Assembly: GCA_963746925.1 (NCBI GenBank)
Contig: CAVVDK010000001.1
Coordinates: 39,062 to 103,061 of the forward strand
Reading direction: 5' to 3'
DNA: 64,000 nt
Source of the DNA: an uncultured Bacteroidota bacterium
GTDB lineage: Bacteria > Bacteroidota > Bacteroidia > Chitinophagales > Saprospiraceae
This document shows positions 53,282 through 62,697 of the stretch, piece after piece. Position 1 is the stretch's first letter. Each line of letters starts with the position of its first letter. The notes beneath the pieces are model-generated. The model did not search any database and was not told the DNA's origin. It saw only the letters and a list, made by a program, of their open reading frames with translations. The position numbers and the translations under genes were made by a program.

Positions 53282-53770
53282 ATGCGTACACTAAAACTGC
53301 CACTGCTGCTTTGCACGTTGCTGGCTTCCTCTTATGCCCTGCAAGCACAAAAATTGCTTATCTTCAACTCAGCTGCGTTGCTGGAAGATATGCCGGAAGT
53401 CAAGGAAGCTCAGGCCAATCTGGAAACGTTGCAACAACAACTCCAGGCCAAGGGGCAGAAAATGGTGAAAGATTATCAAACCAAATATGATGACCTCCAG
53501 CGCCAACAGAAGGACGGCAGCATTGCGCCGAAAGATCTCGACACGGAAGCACAGAAACTGAAAGACATGGAAGACAGCATTCACAGTACAGGACGATATG
53601 CAGACAGTTGTCGGAAGACGCCAGGAGCTGATATGTTCAGCAGCCCAGTCCGATCGTGTCAATCAGGCAATTAAAGAAGTGTCTAAGGCTGAGCCAGGGT
53701 ATACTTATGTCTTTGATTCCAGTGCCGGAGTCCTGTTGTATGCACAAGAACCCTGGAGATATTAGTGACA
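53282..53770 (+). pseudogene. OmpH/Skp-family periplasmic chaperone gene, copy 2, with a frameshifted C-terminus.
   Basis: Intact N-terminal 130 aa ('QKLLIFNSAALLEDMPEVKEAQANLETLQQ'). The expected C-terminus 'AIKEVSKAEPGYTYVFDSSAGVLLYAQEP' lies in another frame at 53670-53765. Confidence 0.5.
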
Positions 53771-53924
53771 AAAGGCGGCAGAAAGCGAAGCTCGGCATTC
53801 GATTAGCGCACACCATCCACACCCCTGTATTCAAGACTCATCGTGAGAAGGCCTCTTCCGCCACCGGGAAGGGGCTTTCTCTTGCTGGCTGATATCTCTA
53901 TCATTGCAGGAGCAATCCGATGCA

Positions 53925-54863
53925 GGCATGGAAGTCTCTGTTATCATTCCGGTCTATAATACTGCTCCATTTCTCCGGGAAGCTGTGAGTCGGCGCTTGA
54001 CCAACCCGAAACGGCGGAGGTCCTCCTGATAGAAGACATGGGTCGACAGATGAGTCGTTTGATATCTGTCAGCACCTTGCAACTGAGCGTCGCCGTGTTA
54101 AAGTCTTCACGCATCCTAACCACTCCCATGAAGCGCCATGCCTCACGTAATCTGGCAATCCGTCAGGCACCTCTGATATCATCGCTTTTCTTGATGCCGA
54201 TGATGTCTACCTGGCAGATCGCTTTACAGAAACCCGCCGCATCATGAAAGAACATCCCGATGCAGAAGGCGTATATGAAACTATCGGCGTTCATTATGAA
54301 GATCCGGTCCTCAAACAAAAGCACCTCAGCCGGATGCACGGGAAAATACCGGATTCAATATTGCTGTTTCGCCCGAAAAAGTTTTTGCCAGCCTGGCAAC
54401 GGGAAGGCACGGGCACATCCATCTCGACGGTGTTGTCGTGTTACGCAGGATTCTTGACGCACACATGCTGTTTGATCCTGCCCTCAAACAATGCCAGGAT
54501 TCTGACTGGCTCCTGAGGCTGGCGGCAGCGCACAAACTCTACGCAGGGCCGTCGGACAATATCGTGGCACTCCGAAGAGTACATCGGGACAATCGTGTAT
54601 TCAACACTCAGGAGCGCATATACTTCCAGCGCAAATACCTGCGTAAATGCATCAGTCAAGAATTTTATGGATCTACTGATCGCCATGCCATGCTATACGT
54701 GGTAGGCAGATATGTGAGTTGGATGTGGGGCGGCCTGCTGCGGAGGGCAGGTGTGCTGTCTGCGCCGTTGATCATTGCGTCCACAACGGTCTATCTTTTG
54801 ATCCATCCGGGGTTGTTATTCCGCCTTTTCTTCCCAAAAACACATGACCGGACCAGATCATGA
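53925..54863 (+). pseudogene. Glycosyltransferase family 2 gene, the upstream tandem paralog, with at least five frameshifts.
   Basis: 'MEVSVIIPVYNTAPFLREAVESAL', 'DIIAFLDADDVYLADRF', 'PEKVFASLATGRHGHIHLDGVV' and an intact last 141 aa are all recognisable but sit in different frames. It parallels the intact copy at 54860. An A5/T5 run lies at one junction (~54372). Confidence 0.5.
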
Positions 54864-55852
54864 TGCAGGTCTCAGTGATCATACCCGTATTTAATGCTGA
54901 ACGATTTGTCGCAAATGCGGTGGCCTCTGCGCTCATGCAACCGGAGACAACAGAGATCTTGCTGATCGAGGACTGTTCTTCAGACCGCTCCTATGAGATC
55001 TGCCGGCAACTGTCCAAAGATCCGCGCGTGAGGCTGCTTGTGCATCCTGGTCATGTCAACATGGGTGCTGCCGCTTCACGCAATCTCGGAATACGGGAGG
55101 CACAGATGCCTTACATCGCATTTTTGGATGCTGATGATACGTGGTTACCCGGCAGGTTCACCGTGGCAACACAGGTTTTTGATTCCCATCCGGATGCTGA
55201 CGGCGTCCATGAGATGATTGGAGTACAGTATCACCACATCACGCAAAAGGAAAAACATCTCCGTCGTACCAGAAGCGAGAACACCGGGATCCGGATAGTG
55301 ACAACTCCGGAAAAATTATTCCAGGTTCTTGCCACCGGAAAGTATGGGCATATTCATCTGAATGGTATTGTACTAAGAAAGAATGCAATCACGGAAGATC
55401 TGTTGTTTGACACGACGCTCGTCATGAGCGAAGATGTTGATTTTATACTGCGTCTCGCTGCATACAGACGGATGTACCAGGGAGATCCGGAACGTATTGT
55501 TGCGCGAAGAGGCGTCCACGCAACAAACAGTGTGTTTACCAATCCCGGCATCATGGATTTTCGACGGCAATACCTGCAGAAATGCATCGATCACAAATTC
55601 TATGATACGAAGGATATGACCGGAGCTTCTCTATATCGTGAGCAGGCGCATCGGTGCCGCAACCTGGTATCAGCCATTTCGAAACCTGGGCAGGTTCGCA
55701 CTGCCGCTAAAGTTGATTGCCGTAAGCATGTATCTGATTCTCCACCCAAAGGTGTTCCAAACTCTGGCATCGATTTTAAGGAGTCGGATATTTGGCAAGA
55801 ACAGCGGCCCAATGCGACAATAGAAAACTCAGCGCTTAATACAATTCAATAG
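54860..55852 (+). CDS. Glycosyltransferase family 2 (intact paralog).
   Basis: 330 aa; 'VIIPVFNAERF', 'FLDADD' DxD motif. Confidence 0.75.
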   Translation: MMQVSVIIPVFNAERFVANAVASALMQPETTEILLIEDCSSDRSYEICRQLSKDPRVRLLVHPGHVNMGAAASRNLGIREAQMPYIAFLDADDTWLPGRFTVATQVFDSHPDADGVHEMIGVQYHHITQKEKHLRRTRSENTGIRIVTTPEKLFQVLATGKYGHIHLNGIVLRKNAITEDLLFDTTLVMSEDVDFILRLAAYRRMYQGDPERIVARRGVHATNSVFTNPGIMDFRRQYLQKCIDHKFYDTKDMTGASLYREQAHRCRNLVSAISKPGQVRTAAKVDCRKHVSDSPPKGVPNSGIDFKESDIWQEQRPNATIENSALNTIQ

Positions 55853-55857
55853 TCACT

Positions 55858-57333
55858 ATGTCAAAGCCCGTACAACAACATCACATCCCCTTGCACATGT
55901 CCAGGGAAGAATTTGCCCAGGTTGGTCACCGACTGATCGATCAGTTGGCAGAACATTTCGACACCCTAAGGGACCAGCCCGTCTCTCCGGGCGAGACCCC
56001 TGCGGTTGTCAAAAAAACCTTAGGACAGCACAGGATACCAGAGGATGGAATTCCAGCTTCGGAAATTTTGGATCGCGCATTTACTATCCTGACCAAGCAC
56101 TCGCTGTTTCCGGGCCACCCTCGTTTCTGGGGATATATTATCGGGGCAGGCACCCAGATCGGCGTGTTGGCTGACCTCCTTGCGGCAACGATCAATCCTA
56201 ACGTAGGAGGATGGAACCTCTCACCGATGGCCACGGAGATTGAGCGGCAAACGATCGGATGGATTGCAGAATTTATCGGGTATCCGTCTGATGCAGGTGG
56301 GATCCTGGTCAGTGGCGGGGCGATGGCTAATTATGTCTGTTTTCTCACCGGACGCAGAGCTATAGCACCATGGAATATCCGGGAAAACGGTATTTCAAAT
56401 GCGAAGGGGCAACTCCGTGTGTATTGTTCCAAAGAGACACATACATGGATCCAGAAGGCCATGGACCTGTTTGGCCATGGGACGCAGGCAATCCATTGGA
56501 TTGATACAGATGCCGCACTGCGTATTGATACAGATGCCCTGGAACAGGCCATTGCGGAGGATCAGGCGCGTGGGGACATCCCGTTCATGGTTGTGGCGAA
56601 TGCCGGATCTGTCAGCACCGGGGTCGTAGACGATCTTCAACGCGTCGGGGACATTTGCCGTAGGCACAATTTATGGTTTCATGTCGACGGCGCCTATGGA
56701 GGGCCGGCAGCCGGATTGCCGGAGCAACAGTCACTGTTCGCCGGTATCCGGGACGCCGATTCCATTGCATTGGATCCGCATAAATGGTTTTACAGTCCGC
56801 TTGAGGCAGGATGTGTGCTTGTACGCGACGCAGCGCGGCTCACGGACGCTTTCAGCTATCATCCGGCGTACTATCATTTCGAAGAATACGCAGATGCACC
56901 CGGAATCAACTTCTATGAATACGGACCTCAAAACTCCCGCGGTTTCAGGGCTTTGAAAGTCTGGGCGGGTTTTCTGCAGGCAGGTAAACATGGATTGCAG
57001 CAAATGATCGGCCATGATATTGCGATGGCTCGACTGCTCTTCAAGCTGGTATTGGAAGCAGAAGATTTCGAAGCTTTTCAGGTCAACCTGAGCATCACCA
57101 CGTTCCGGTATGTCCCTGCCGGTTCCTCACTGGATGAAGAAGCAATTAATCAACTCAACGAAGCGACCATGGTGGCCCTGCAAAATAGTGGCAAAGCCTT
57201 TATCACAAATGCCGTGATCCGGGGAAAGTTTCTCCTGCGCGCCTGCATTGTCAATTTCAGAACACAGGAGTCTGATATCCGCGCACTGCCTGTATACATC
57301 AGGGAAATTGCACAAGCAAAACTACAGCGGTGA
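55858..57333 (+). CDS. PLP-dependent group II amino-acid decarboxylase.
   Basis: 491 aa; 'HVDGAYGG' and the lysine region 'LDPHKWFYSPLEAGCVLVRD'. Confidence 0.8.
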   Translation: MSKPVQQHHIPLHMSREEFAQVGHRLIDQLAEHFDTLRDQPVSPGETPAVVKKTLGQHRIPEDGIPASEILDRAFTILTKHSLFPGHPRFWGYIIGAGTQIGVLADLLAATINPNVGGWNLSPMATEIERQTIGWIAEFIGYPSDAGGILVSGGAMANYVCFLTGRRAIAPWNIRENGISNAKGQLRVYCSKETHTWIQKAMDLFGHGTQAIHWIDTDAALRIDTDALEQAIAEDQARGDIPFMVVANAGSVSTGVVDDLQRVGDICRRHNLWFHVDGAYGGPAAGLPEQQSLFAGIRDADSIALDPHKWFYSPLEAGCVLVRDAARLTDAFSYHPAYYHFEEYADAPGINFYEYGPQNSRGFRALKVWAGFLQAGKHGLQQMIGHDIAMARLLFKLVLEAEDFEAFQVNLSITTFRYVPAGSSLDEEAINQLNEATMVALQNSGKAFITNAVIRGKFLLRACIVNFRTQESDIRALPVYIREIAQAKLQR

Positions 57334-57341
57334 TGCCGGGA

Positions 57342-57797
57342 TCAGTCCTTTTCAGTATTGTCAGGATTCCCGGGAGATATGGTAACAGTGTAGTGATATC
57401 CCGGGCCGTCGGGCGTTGCATCCGAGGTTGTATAAACGAACTGTGTTTGTGCACCTTCCTCGGCTTTTGACCGCTTCGGCAATCTGAAGTGCACATGAAT
57501 GTCCTTGTGAAACTGCACTTTCAGTCCATGTGTTTTGGGCACTTCAAATTTCAGCAGACGCACCAGGCGAATCGCCTCCTCATCACATCCGGAACCCAAG
57601 CTGGATATGACATGGGTGTCAATGACATGTCCCTTATGATCGATCGTATATCGCAAACTCACGGTGCCCTCAATGCTACTTTTTAAAGCCTGTGTCGGGT
57701 AAACAAGGTTTGCGCGAATGAAGGCACGGATTGCGGCCGGGCCACCCGGATATACCGGTTTCTGAATGAAATTCTTCTCTTTGCGTCCCTTTTTCAT
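57342..57797 (-). CDS. TonB C-terminal-domain protein (energy-transducer family).
   Basis: 151 aa; 'KPVYPGGPAAIRAFIRANLVYPTQALKSSIEGTVSLRYTIDHKGHV' resembles the TonB_C fold. No obvious proline-rich or TM region, so it may be a stand-alone domain. Confidence 0.5.
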   Translation of the reverse strand: MKKGRKEKNFIQKPVYPGGPAAIRAFIRANLVYPTQALKSSIEGTVSLRYTIDHKGHVIDTHVISSLGSGCDEEAIRLVRLLKFEVPKTHGLKVQFHKDIHVHFRLPKRSKAEEGAQTQFVYTTSDATPDGPGYHYTVTISPGNPDNTEKD

Positions 57798-57918
57798 AAT
57801 GAATCTCCAGGGGAGGCGAAATTACAAAAGCACCTGTCAAGGATCAGATCATGTATCTTGTCCGGGTGTATAGATGCAGTGACATTCCTGCAGACATTGA
57901 GAGACCTGTTATGAAGTC

Positions 57919-58815
57919 ATGAAGGCCCTTGTAATTTCGGGAGGTGCCAGTAAGGGTGCATTTGCCGGAGGGATCGCAGAATTCCTGATAAAGGATCTCG
58001 GCAGGCATTACGACATTTACAGTGGTGCCAGTACCGGCAGTCTCCTCATCCCGTTTCTCGCCACGGGACATATCGAACGTATCAAAGATGTGTATTGTAC
58101 TGTCACCCAATCAGACATTTTCAGCGTGTGCCCGTTCACCATCCGCAAAACACAATCAGGGTATCAAACAGGGTTCAATCACCTGGCAATTCTGAAGCAG
58201 TTTTTCAAAGGAAGAAGGACTCTCGGGGAAAGCAAAAGCCTGCGCGCGCTGATCCGGAAAACCCTCACGCAAGAGATCTTTGAATCGTTGCGCTCCCAAA
58301 AGGCAGAGGTCATCGCAACCGTTTCAAACCTGACGGATAGTCTGGTCGAATACAAATATGCCCGTGATTGCAGCTATGATGAATTTTGCGACTGGATCTG
58401 GATGTCTTCGAATATGATCCCGTTCATGTCCCTTGGCCAAAAGAACGGCCGTGAATATGCTGACGGCGGTTTTGGCAACCTGATCCCCGTCCAGGAACCC
58501 ATCAATATCGGTGCGACGGAGTTGGATGTCATCATCCTCAATCCGCGACATTTCAACCAGCCCACTCCGCCCTCTACCAATGCGTTTAATCTGATGATCA
58601 AGGGATTCAATTTTATGTTACACCAAATCGGACAAAACGATACCACGATTGCCATGCTGGAAAGCAGGTATGCCGGAGTGAAGATCAATCTCATCCACAC
58701 TCCGAGAATCCTCACTGAAAATTCCTTCGTATTTGACCCTATTCAGATGCGTGCCTGGTGGCAGGAAGGCTATGATTATGCCAGATACCTGTATGCTGAC
58801 ACGCTGGATGATTAA
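57919..58815 (+). CDS. Patatin-like phospholipase.
   Basis: 'ISGGASKGAF' oxyanion motif, 'GASTGS' nucleophile elbow, 'DGG' catalytic Asp. Confidence 0.75.
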   Translation: MKALVISGGASKGAFAGGIAEFLIKDLGRHYDIYSGASTGSLLIPFLATGHIERIKDVYCTVTQSDIFSVCPFTIRKTQSGYQTGFNHLAILKQFFKGRRTLGESKSLRALIRKTLTQEIFESLRSQKAEVIATVSNLTDSLVEYKYARDCSYDEFCDWIWMSSNMIPFMSLGQKNGREYADGGFGNLIPVQEPINIGATELDVIILNPRHFNQPTPPSTNAFNLMIKGFNFMLHQIGQNDTTIAMLESRYAGVKINLIHTPRILTENSFVFDPIQMRAWWQEGYDYARYLYADTLDD

Positions 58816-58844
58816 ATCCCGGATGATACGACTCGGGAAACCTG

Positions 58845-60845
58845 TTGTATTTTACAGCCATGCCTGAAGTGATTCCACATTCGTTATTCACGGATTTCGA
58901 CATTTCACTGTTCAATACCGGAAAGCACTATCATGTCCAGCAAAAGCTCGGCGCGCATCCGATGGAGTTGGAAGGTAAAACGGGAGTGTATTTTGCTGTG
59001 TATGCACCGCATGCAAAAAAGGTGTCTGTGGCGGGTGACTTTTCCAACTGGAAACCAATTGCGCTGTTACCGCGCTGGGACAGCTCAGGGATCTGGGAAG
59101 GCTTTGTCCCGGGAGCAAAGGAATGGGAGAAATATAAATACGTGATCCGTCCGCATGGCGTAAAGTATACACTCGAAAAAGCAGACCCATATGCGCGCTT
59201 CGCCGAGATTCCATCGCGCTCTGCTTCCGTCGTCTGGTCCGATACATATCAGTGGCAGGATACGCAGTGGATGTCACAGCGCGCTACATCTAACGGTCTC
59301 GGCGCACCAATGGCGATCTATGAAATGCACCTCGCTTCCTGGAAACACCATCCTACTGAAAACCGCCCGTTGACATATCTGGAACTGGCAGAACAACTGC
59401 CGCCGTATCTGACTCAAATGGGATTTACCCACGTCGAGTTCATGCCTGTAATGGAGCATCCTTATCCTCCTTCCTGGGGATATCAGATCACCGGGTTTTA
59501 CGCCCCCACAAGCAGATTTGGCACTCCCGCCGACTTCAAAGTTCTTGTCAATGCCTTGCATCAGGCAGAGATCGGCGTGATTCTGGACTGGGTGCCGTCG
59601 CATTTCCCGTCAGACGGACATGGCCTCGCGAAGTTTGACGGCTCCAGTGTGTATGAGCATCCGGACTGGCGGAAGGGCTATCACCCGGACTGGGATAGTC
59701 TGATCTTCGACTACGGACGCCCTCAGGTGCGGTCCTTCCTGATCAGTAATGCCCTTTTCTGGCTGGAAGAATATCATGCTGACGGGCTGCGCGTAGATGC
59801 TGTTGCCTCAATGCTCTATCTGGATTACAGTAGAAAAGAAGGACAATGGGAACCAAATATTCATGGAGGGCGTGAAAATCTTGATGCGATTTCATTTTTA
59901 AAGGAGCTCAACGAGACGATCTATCTGAACCATCCGGATGTGCAAATGATCGCGGAAGAGTCTACTGCATTTCCCATGGTCTCACATCCGGTCTATCTGG
60001 GAGGCCTGGGCTTCGGAATGAAATGGATGATGGGATGGATGCACGACACTTTGAACTATTTCAAAAATCCCACGATCTATCGCAAGTTTCATCACGGTGG
60101 CATGAGCTTTAGTATTTACTATGGCTTCTCTGAAAATTATGTGCTCCCGTTCTCGCATGATGAAGTCGTCCACGGCAAAGCTTCGCTGCTGCATAAAATG
60201 CCCGGTGATGACTGGCAAAAATTTGCGAACCTGAGATTATTGTTCAGCTATATGTATACACATCCCGGCGCAAAGTTGTTGTTCATGGGTGCCGAAATCG
60301 CCCAAAGAAAAGAATGGGACTACGCCGGTCAACTACAATGGGAACTCCTGGAACATGCTCCGCATCAGGGTATCCAGGCACTGCTGAAAGAACTCAACCG
60401 ACTGTACAGGCAGAAAAAAGCGCTGTACGAAACGAACTATGAACACGAGGGATTTGAATGGATCGATTTTTCTGACAATGACCAAAGTATCCTCACCTAT
60501 CTCCGCAAAGGAAAACACAAAAAGGATATGGTCCTGGTCGTATGTAATTTCACTGAAGTGCCCAGAATGCAATACCAGGTTGGCGTACCATACTCCGGTA
60601 AGTGGCGGGAGATCTTCAACTCAGATGATGCCCTTTACGGCGGCACGGGAATTGTCAATCCGGAGCCGATTACCGCAGAGAAAGAAACATACCATGGAAG
60701 AGATCATGCGATTCGACTTACCCTGCCTCCGCTCGGCGTGACGATCCTCGAACCGGCACGAGTAAAGAGTACGAAAAAAGCAGACAAGGGGACGAAGAAA
60801 TCAGGTACGAAGGGCAAGAAAAACGCAAAGCAGGAGAAGTCTTGA
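58845..60845 (+). CDS. glgB: 1,4-alpha-glucan branching enzyme.
   Basis: 666 aa; GH13 catalytic blocks 'GLRVDAVASMLY', 'EESTAFP', 'FSHDEVVHGK'. Confidence 0.9.
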   Translation: MYFTAMPEVIPHSLFTDFDISLFNTGKHYHVQQKLGAHPMELEGKTGVYFAVYAPHAKKVSVAGDFSNWKPIALLPRWDSSGIWEGFVPGAKEWEKYKYVIRPHGVKYTLEKADPYARFAEIPSRSASVVWSDTYQWQDTQWMSQRATSNGLGAPMAIYEMHLASWKHHPTENRPLTYLELAEQLPPYLTQMGFTHVEFMPVMEHPYPPSWGYQITGFYAPTSRFGTPADFKVLVNALHQAEIGVILDWVPSHFPSDGHGLAKFDGSSVYEHPDWRKGYHPDWDSLIFDYGRPQVRSFLISNALFWLEEYHADGLRVDAVASMLYLDYSRKEGQWEPNIHGGRENLDAISFLKELNETIYLNHPDVQMIAEESTAFPMVSHPVYLGGLGFGMKWMMGWMHDTLNYFKNPTIYRKFHHGGMSFSIYYGFSENYVLPFSHDEVVHGKASLLHKMPGDDWQKFANLRLLFSYMYTHPGAKLLFMGAEIAQRKEWDYAGQLQWELLEHAPHQGIQALLKELNRLYRQKKALYETNYEHEGFEWIDFSDNDQSILTYLRKGKHKKDMVLVVCNFTEVPRMQYQVGVPYSGKWREIFNSDDALYGGTGIVNPEPITAEKETYHGRDHAIRLTLPPLGVTILEPARVKSTKKADKGTKKSGTKGKKNAKQEKS

Positions 60846-60891
60846 AGGCTGAGAAACCCGGGAGCATTGGAACGAGTCCGAACTCCGTAAG

Positions 60892-61135
60892 TTGCTGATA
60901 CTCAATAATAGTTTATAAAAAGCCTTTTCATAGGGCATCGTCAAACAATATAAAATTTGGTGGCTTAACGCAGTTACGTGCCTAAATGCAGAATACACCC
61001 GGGAATGAGACCGGATGGACGTCATTGGAGTATTCTTCAGGGACAAGAGGGCTTGAACACAAGTTATTGATACTCAGCCATAGTTTATAAAAAGCCTTTT
61101 CATGAGGGACGTCAAAACAGAATAAAATTTGGTGG
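60892..61135. repeat. Two direct copies of a ~72-nt element (60892-60964 and 61063-61135, ~85% identical) in the convergent glgB/lpdA intergenic region.
   Basis: Both copies contain TGATACTCA..ATAGTTTATAAAAAGCCTTTTCAT..GGG(C/A).(T)CGTCAAA(C)A..ATAAAATTTGGTGGC. Confidence 0.7.
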
Positions 61136-61284
61136 CAAATACAGCTCTTCTCCAATTTCTCACTGAAGCATCAAAGAAGAGTGATTCAGTGACCTCTTAA
61201 ATGTTTCAGTAAATGCGCTTTAAAGCATGGCTACTTGAGCGCAGATAATAAAACCCATCTTTCGTCCGATGTCCTTTGACGTTC

Positions 61285-62694
61285 TTACAGGTGCAATGCC
61301 CTGTCTTCCGTTGCTGCCAATGCGGCTTCGCGGAAGGCTTCCGTATAGGTAGGATGGGGATGGCAGATCCTGGCGATATCTTCTGCCGAAGCTTTGAATT
61401 CCATCAGCGCTGCGGCCTCCATGATCATGTCTGCCGCCCTTGCACTCACCATATGCACACCGAGCACTTCATCCGTTTCCTTGTGCGCGAGCACCTTGAT
61501 CATGCCGTCCAAATCGCCGCTGGCGCGGGCACGGCCCAGGGCTTTGATCGGAAACTTACCCACTTTGTATGGTATTCCCGCCTCCTTCAATGCATCCTCA
61601 GTCTTACCCACTGATGCTACCTCGGGCCAGGTATACACGACAAGGGGGATCAGGTTGTAATCGATATGCGGTTTTTGGCCGGCCAATTCTTCTGCCACGA
61701 AGACCCCTTCGTCTTCTGCCTTATGCGCCAGCATTACACCGCGCACCACGTCGCCGATGGCATAAATGTTTTCGACGTTGGTCTGCAAGCGGTCATCTAC
61801 CACAACGCGACCATGATCGTCGACCTCCACCCCTGCCTTATCGAGGCCAAGCCCTTCCGTATAGGGTTTGCGCCCAATAGACACGAGGCAATAGTCTGCC
61901 TCAATATCAAACCCCTCGCTGTCATCTTTCTTGCTCACCCGTATTGTCACCCCTGATTTGGAAACCTGCGTTTCCGTGACTTTATGCTCCAGGTGAAATG
62001 TCATCCCGAGTTTCTTCAACGCACGCATCAACTCCCGGCTGCAGTCCTTATCCATTGTAGCGATGATCCTTTCCAGGAATTCCACCACAATAATTTCTGT
62101 GCCAAGACGCGCAAACACAGAGCCCAGTTCGAGTCCAATGACTCCGCCGCCGACCACAACGATGCGTTTTGGGATTTTGGTCAGCGTCAATGCCTCTGTA
62201 GATGTGATCACACGCTGCTTATCATAATGGAACGCTTCAGGGACAATGGGTTTTGATCCTGTCGCGATAATCACATATTTAGCCTGTACCACAGTTGACT
62301 TTCCGTCGTCTCCTTTCACACTGAGCTGTTGTGCGCTCAGAAATGAACCATGCCCATGATACACATCGATCTTGTTCTTTTTCATCAGGAATGCCACACC
62401 ATTCGCAGTCTGTTCTACCACCTGATTTTTTCGGCTGATCATCTGTGCAAGATCCACCTTTACCGCACCTGTCTTTATCCCGTTGTCTGCAAAATGATGT
62501 ACCGCATCGTAGTACCGTTCGGAAGAATCCAGCAGCGCTTTAGACGGAATACATCCCACATTCCCACAAGTTCCTCCCAGTGCTGCATACCGTTCTACAA
62601 TTGCCGTCTTCATGCCTAATTGAGCGGCACGAATTGCAGCGACATAGCCACCCGGCCCTGATCCAATGATGACGACATCATATGACATGTTCAT
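61285..62694 (-). CDS. lpdA: Dihydrolipoyl dehydrogenase (E3 component).
   Basis: 469 aa; FAD motif 'GSGPGGY', redox-active 'GGTCGNVGCIPSK', C-terminal 'HPHPT'. Confidence 0.9.
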   Translation of the reverse strand: MNMSYDVVIIGSGPGGYVAAIRAAQLGMKTAIVERYAALGGTCGNVGCIPSKALLDSSERYYDAVHHFADNGIKTGAVKVDLAQMISRKNQVVEQTANGVAFLMKKNKIDVYHGHGSFLSAQQLSVKGDDGKSTVVQAKYVIIATGSKPIVPEAFHYDKQRVITSTEALTLTKIPKRIVVVGGGVIGLELGSVFARLGTEIIVVEFLERIIATMDKDCSRELMRALKKLGMTFHLEHKVTETQVSKSGVTIRVSKKDDSEGFDIEADYCLVSIGRKPYTEGLGLDKAGVEVDDHGRVVVDDRLQTNVENIYAIGDVVRGVMLAHKAEDEGVFVAEELAGQKPHIDYNLIPLVVYTWPEVASVGKTEDALKEAGIPYKVGKFPIKALGRARASGDLDGMIKVLAHKETDEVLGVHMVSARAADMIMEAAALMEFKASAEDIARICHPHPTYTEAFREAALAATEDRALHL

Positions 62695-62697
62695 CGA

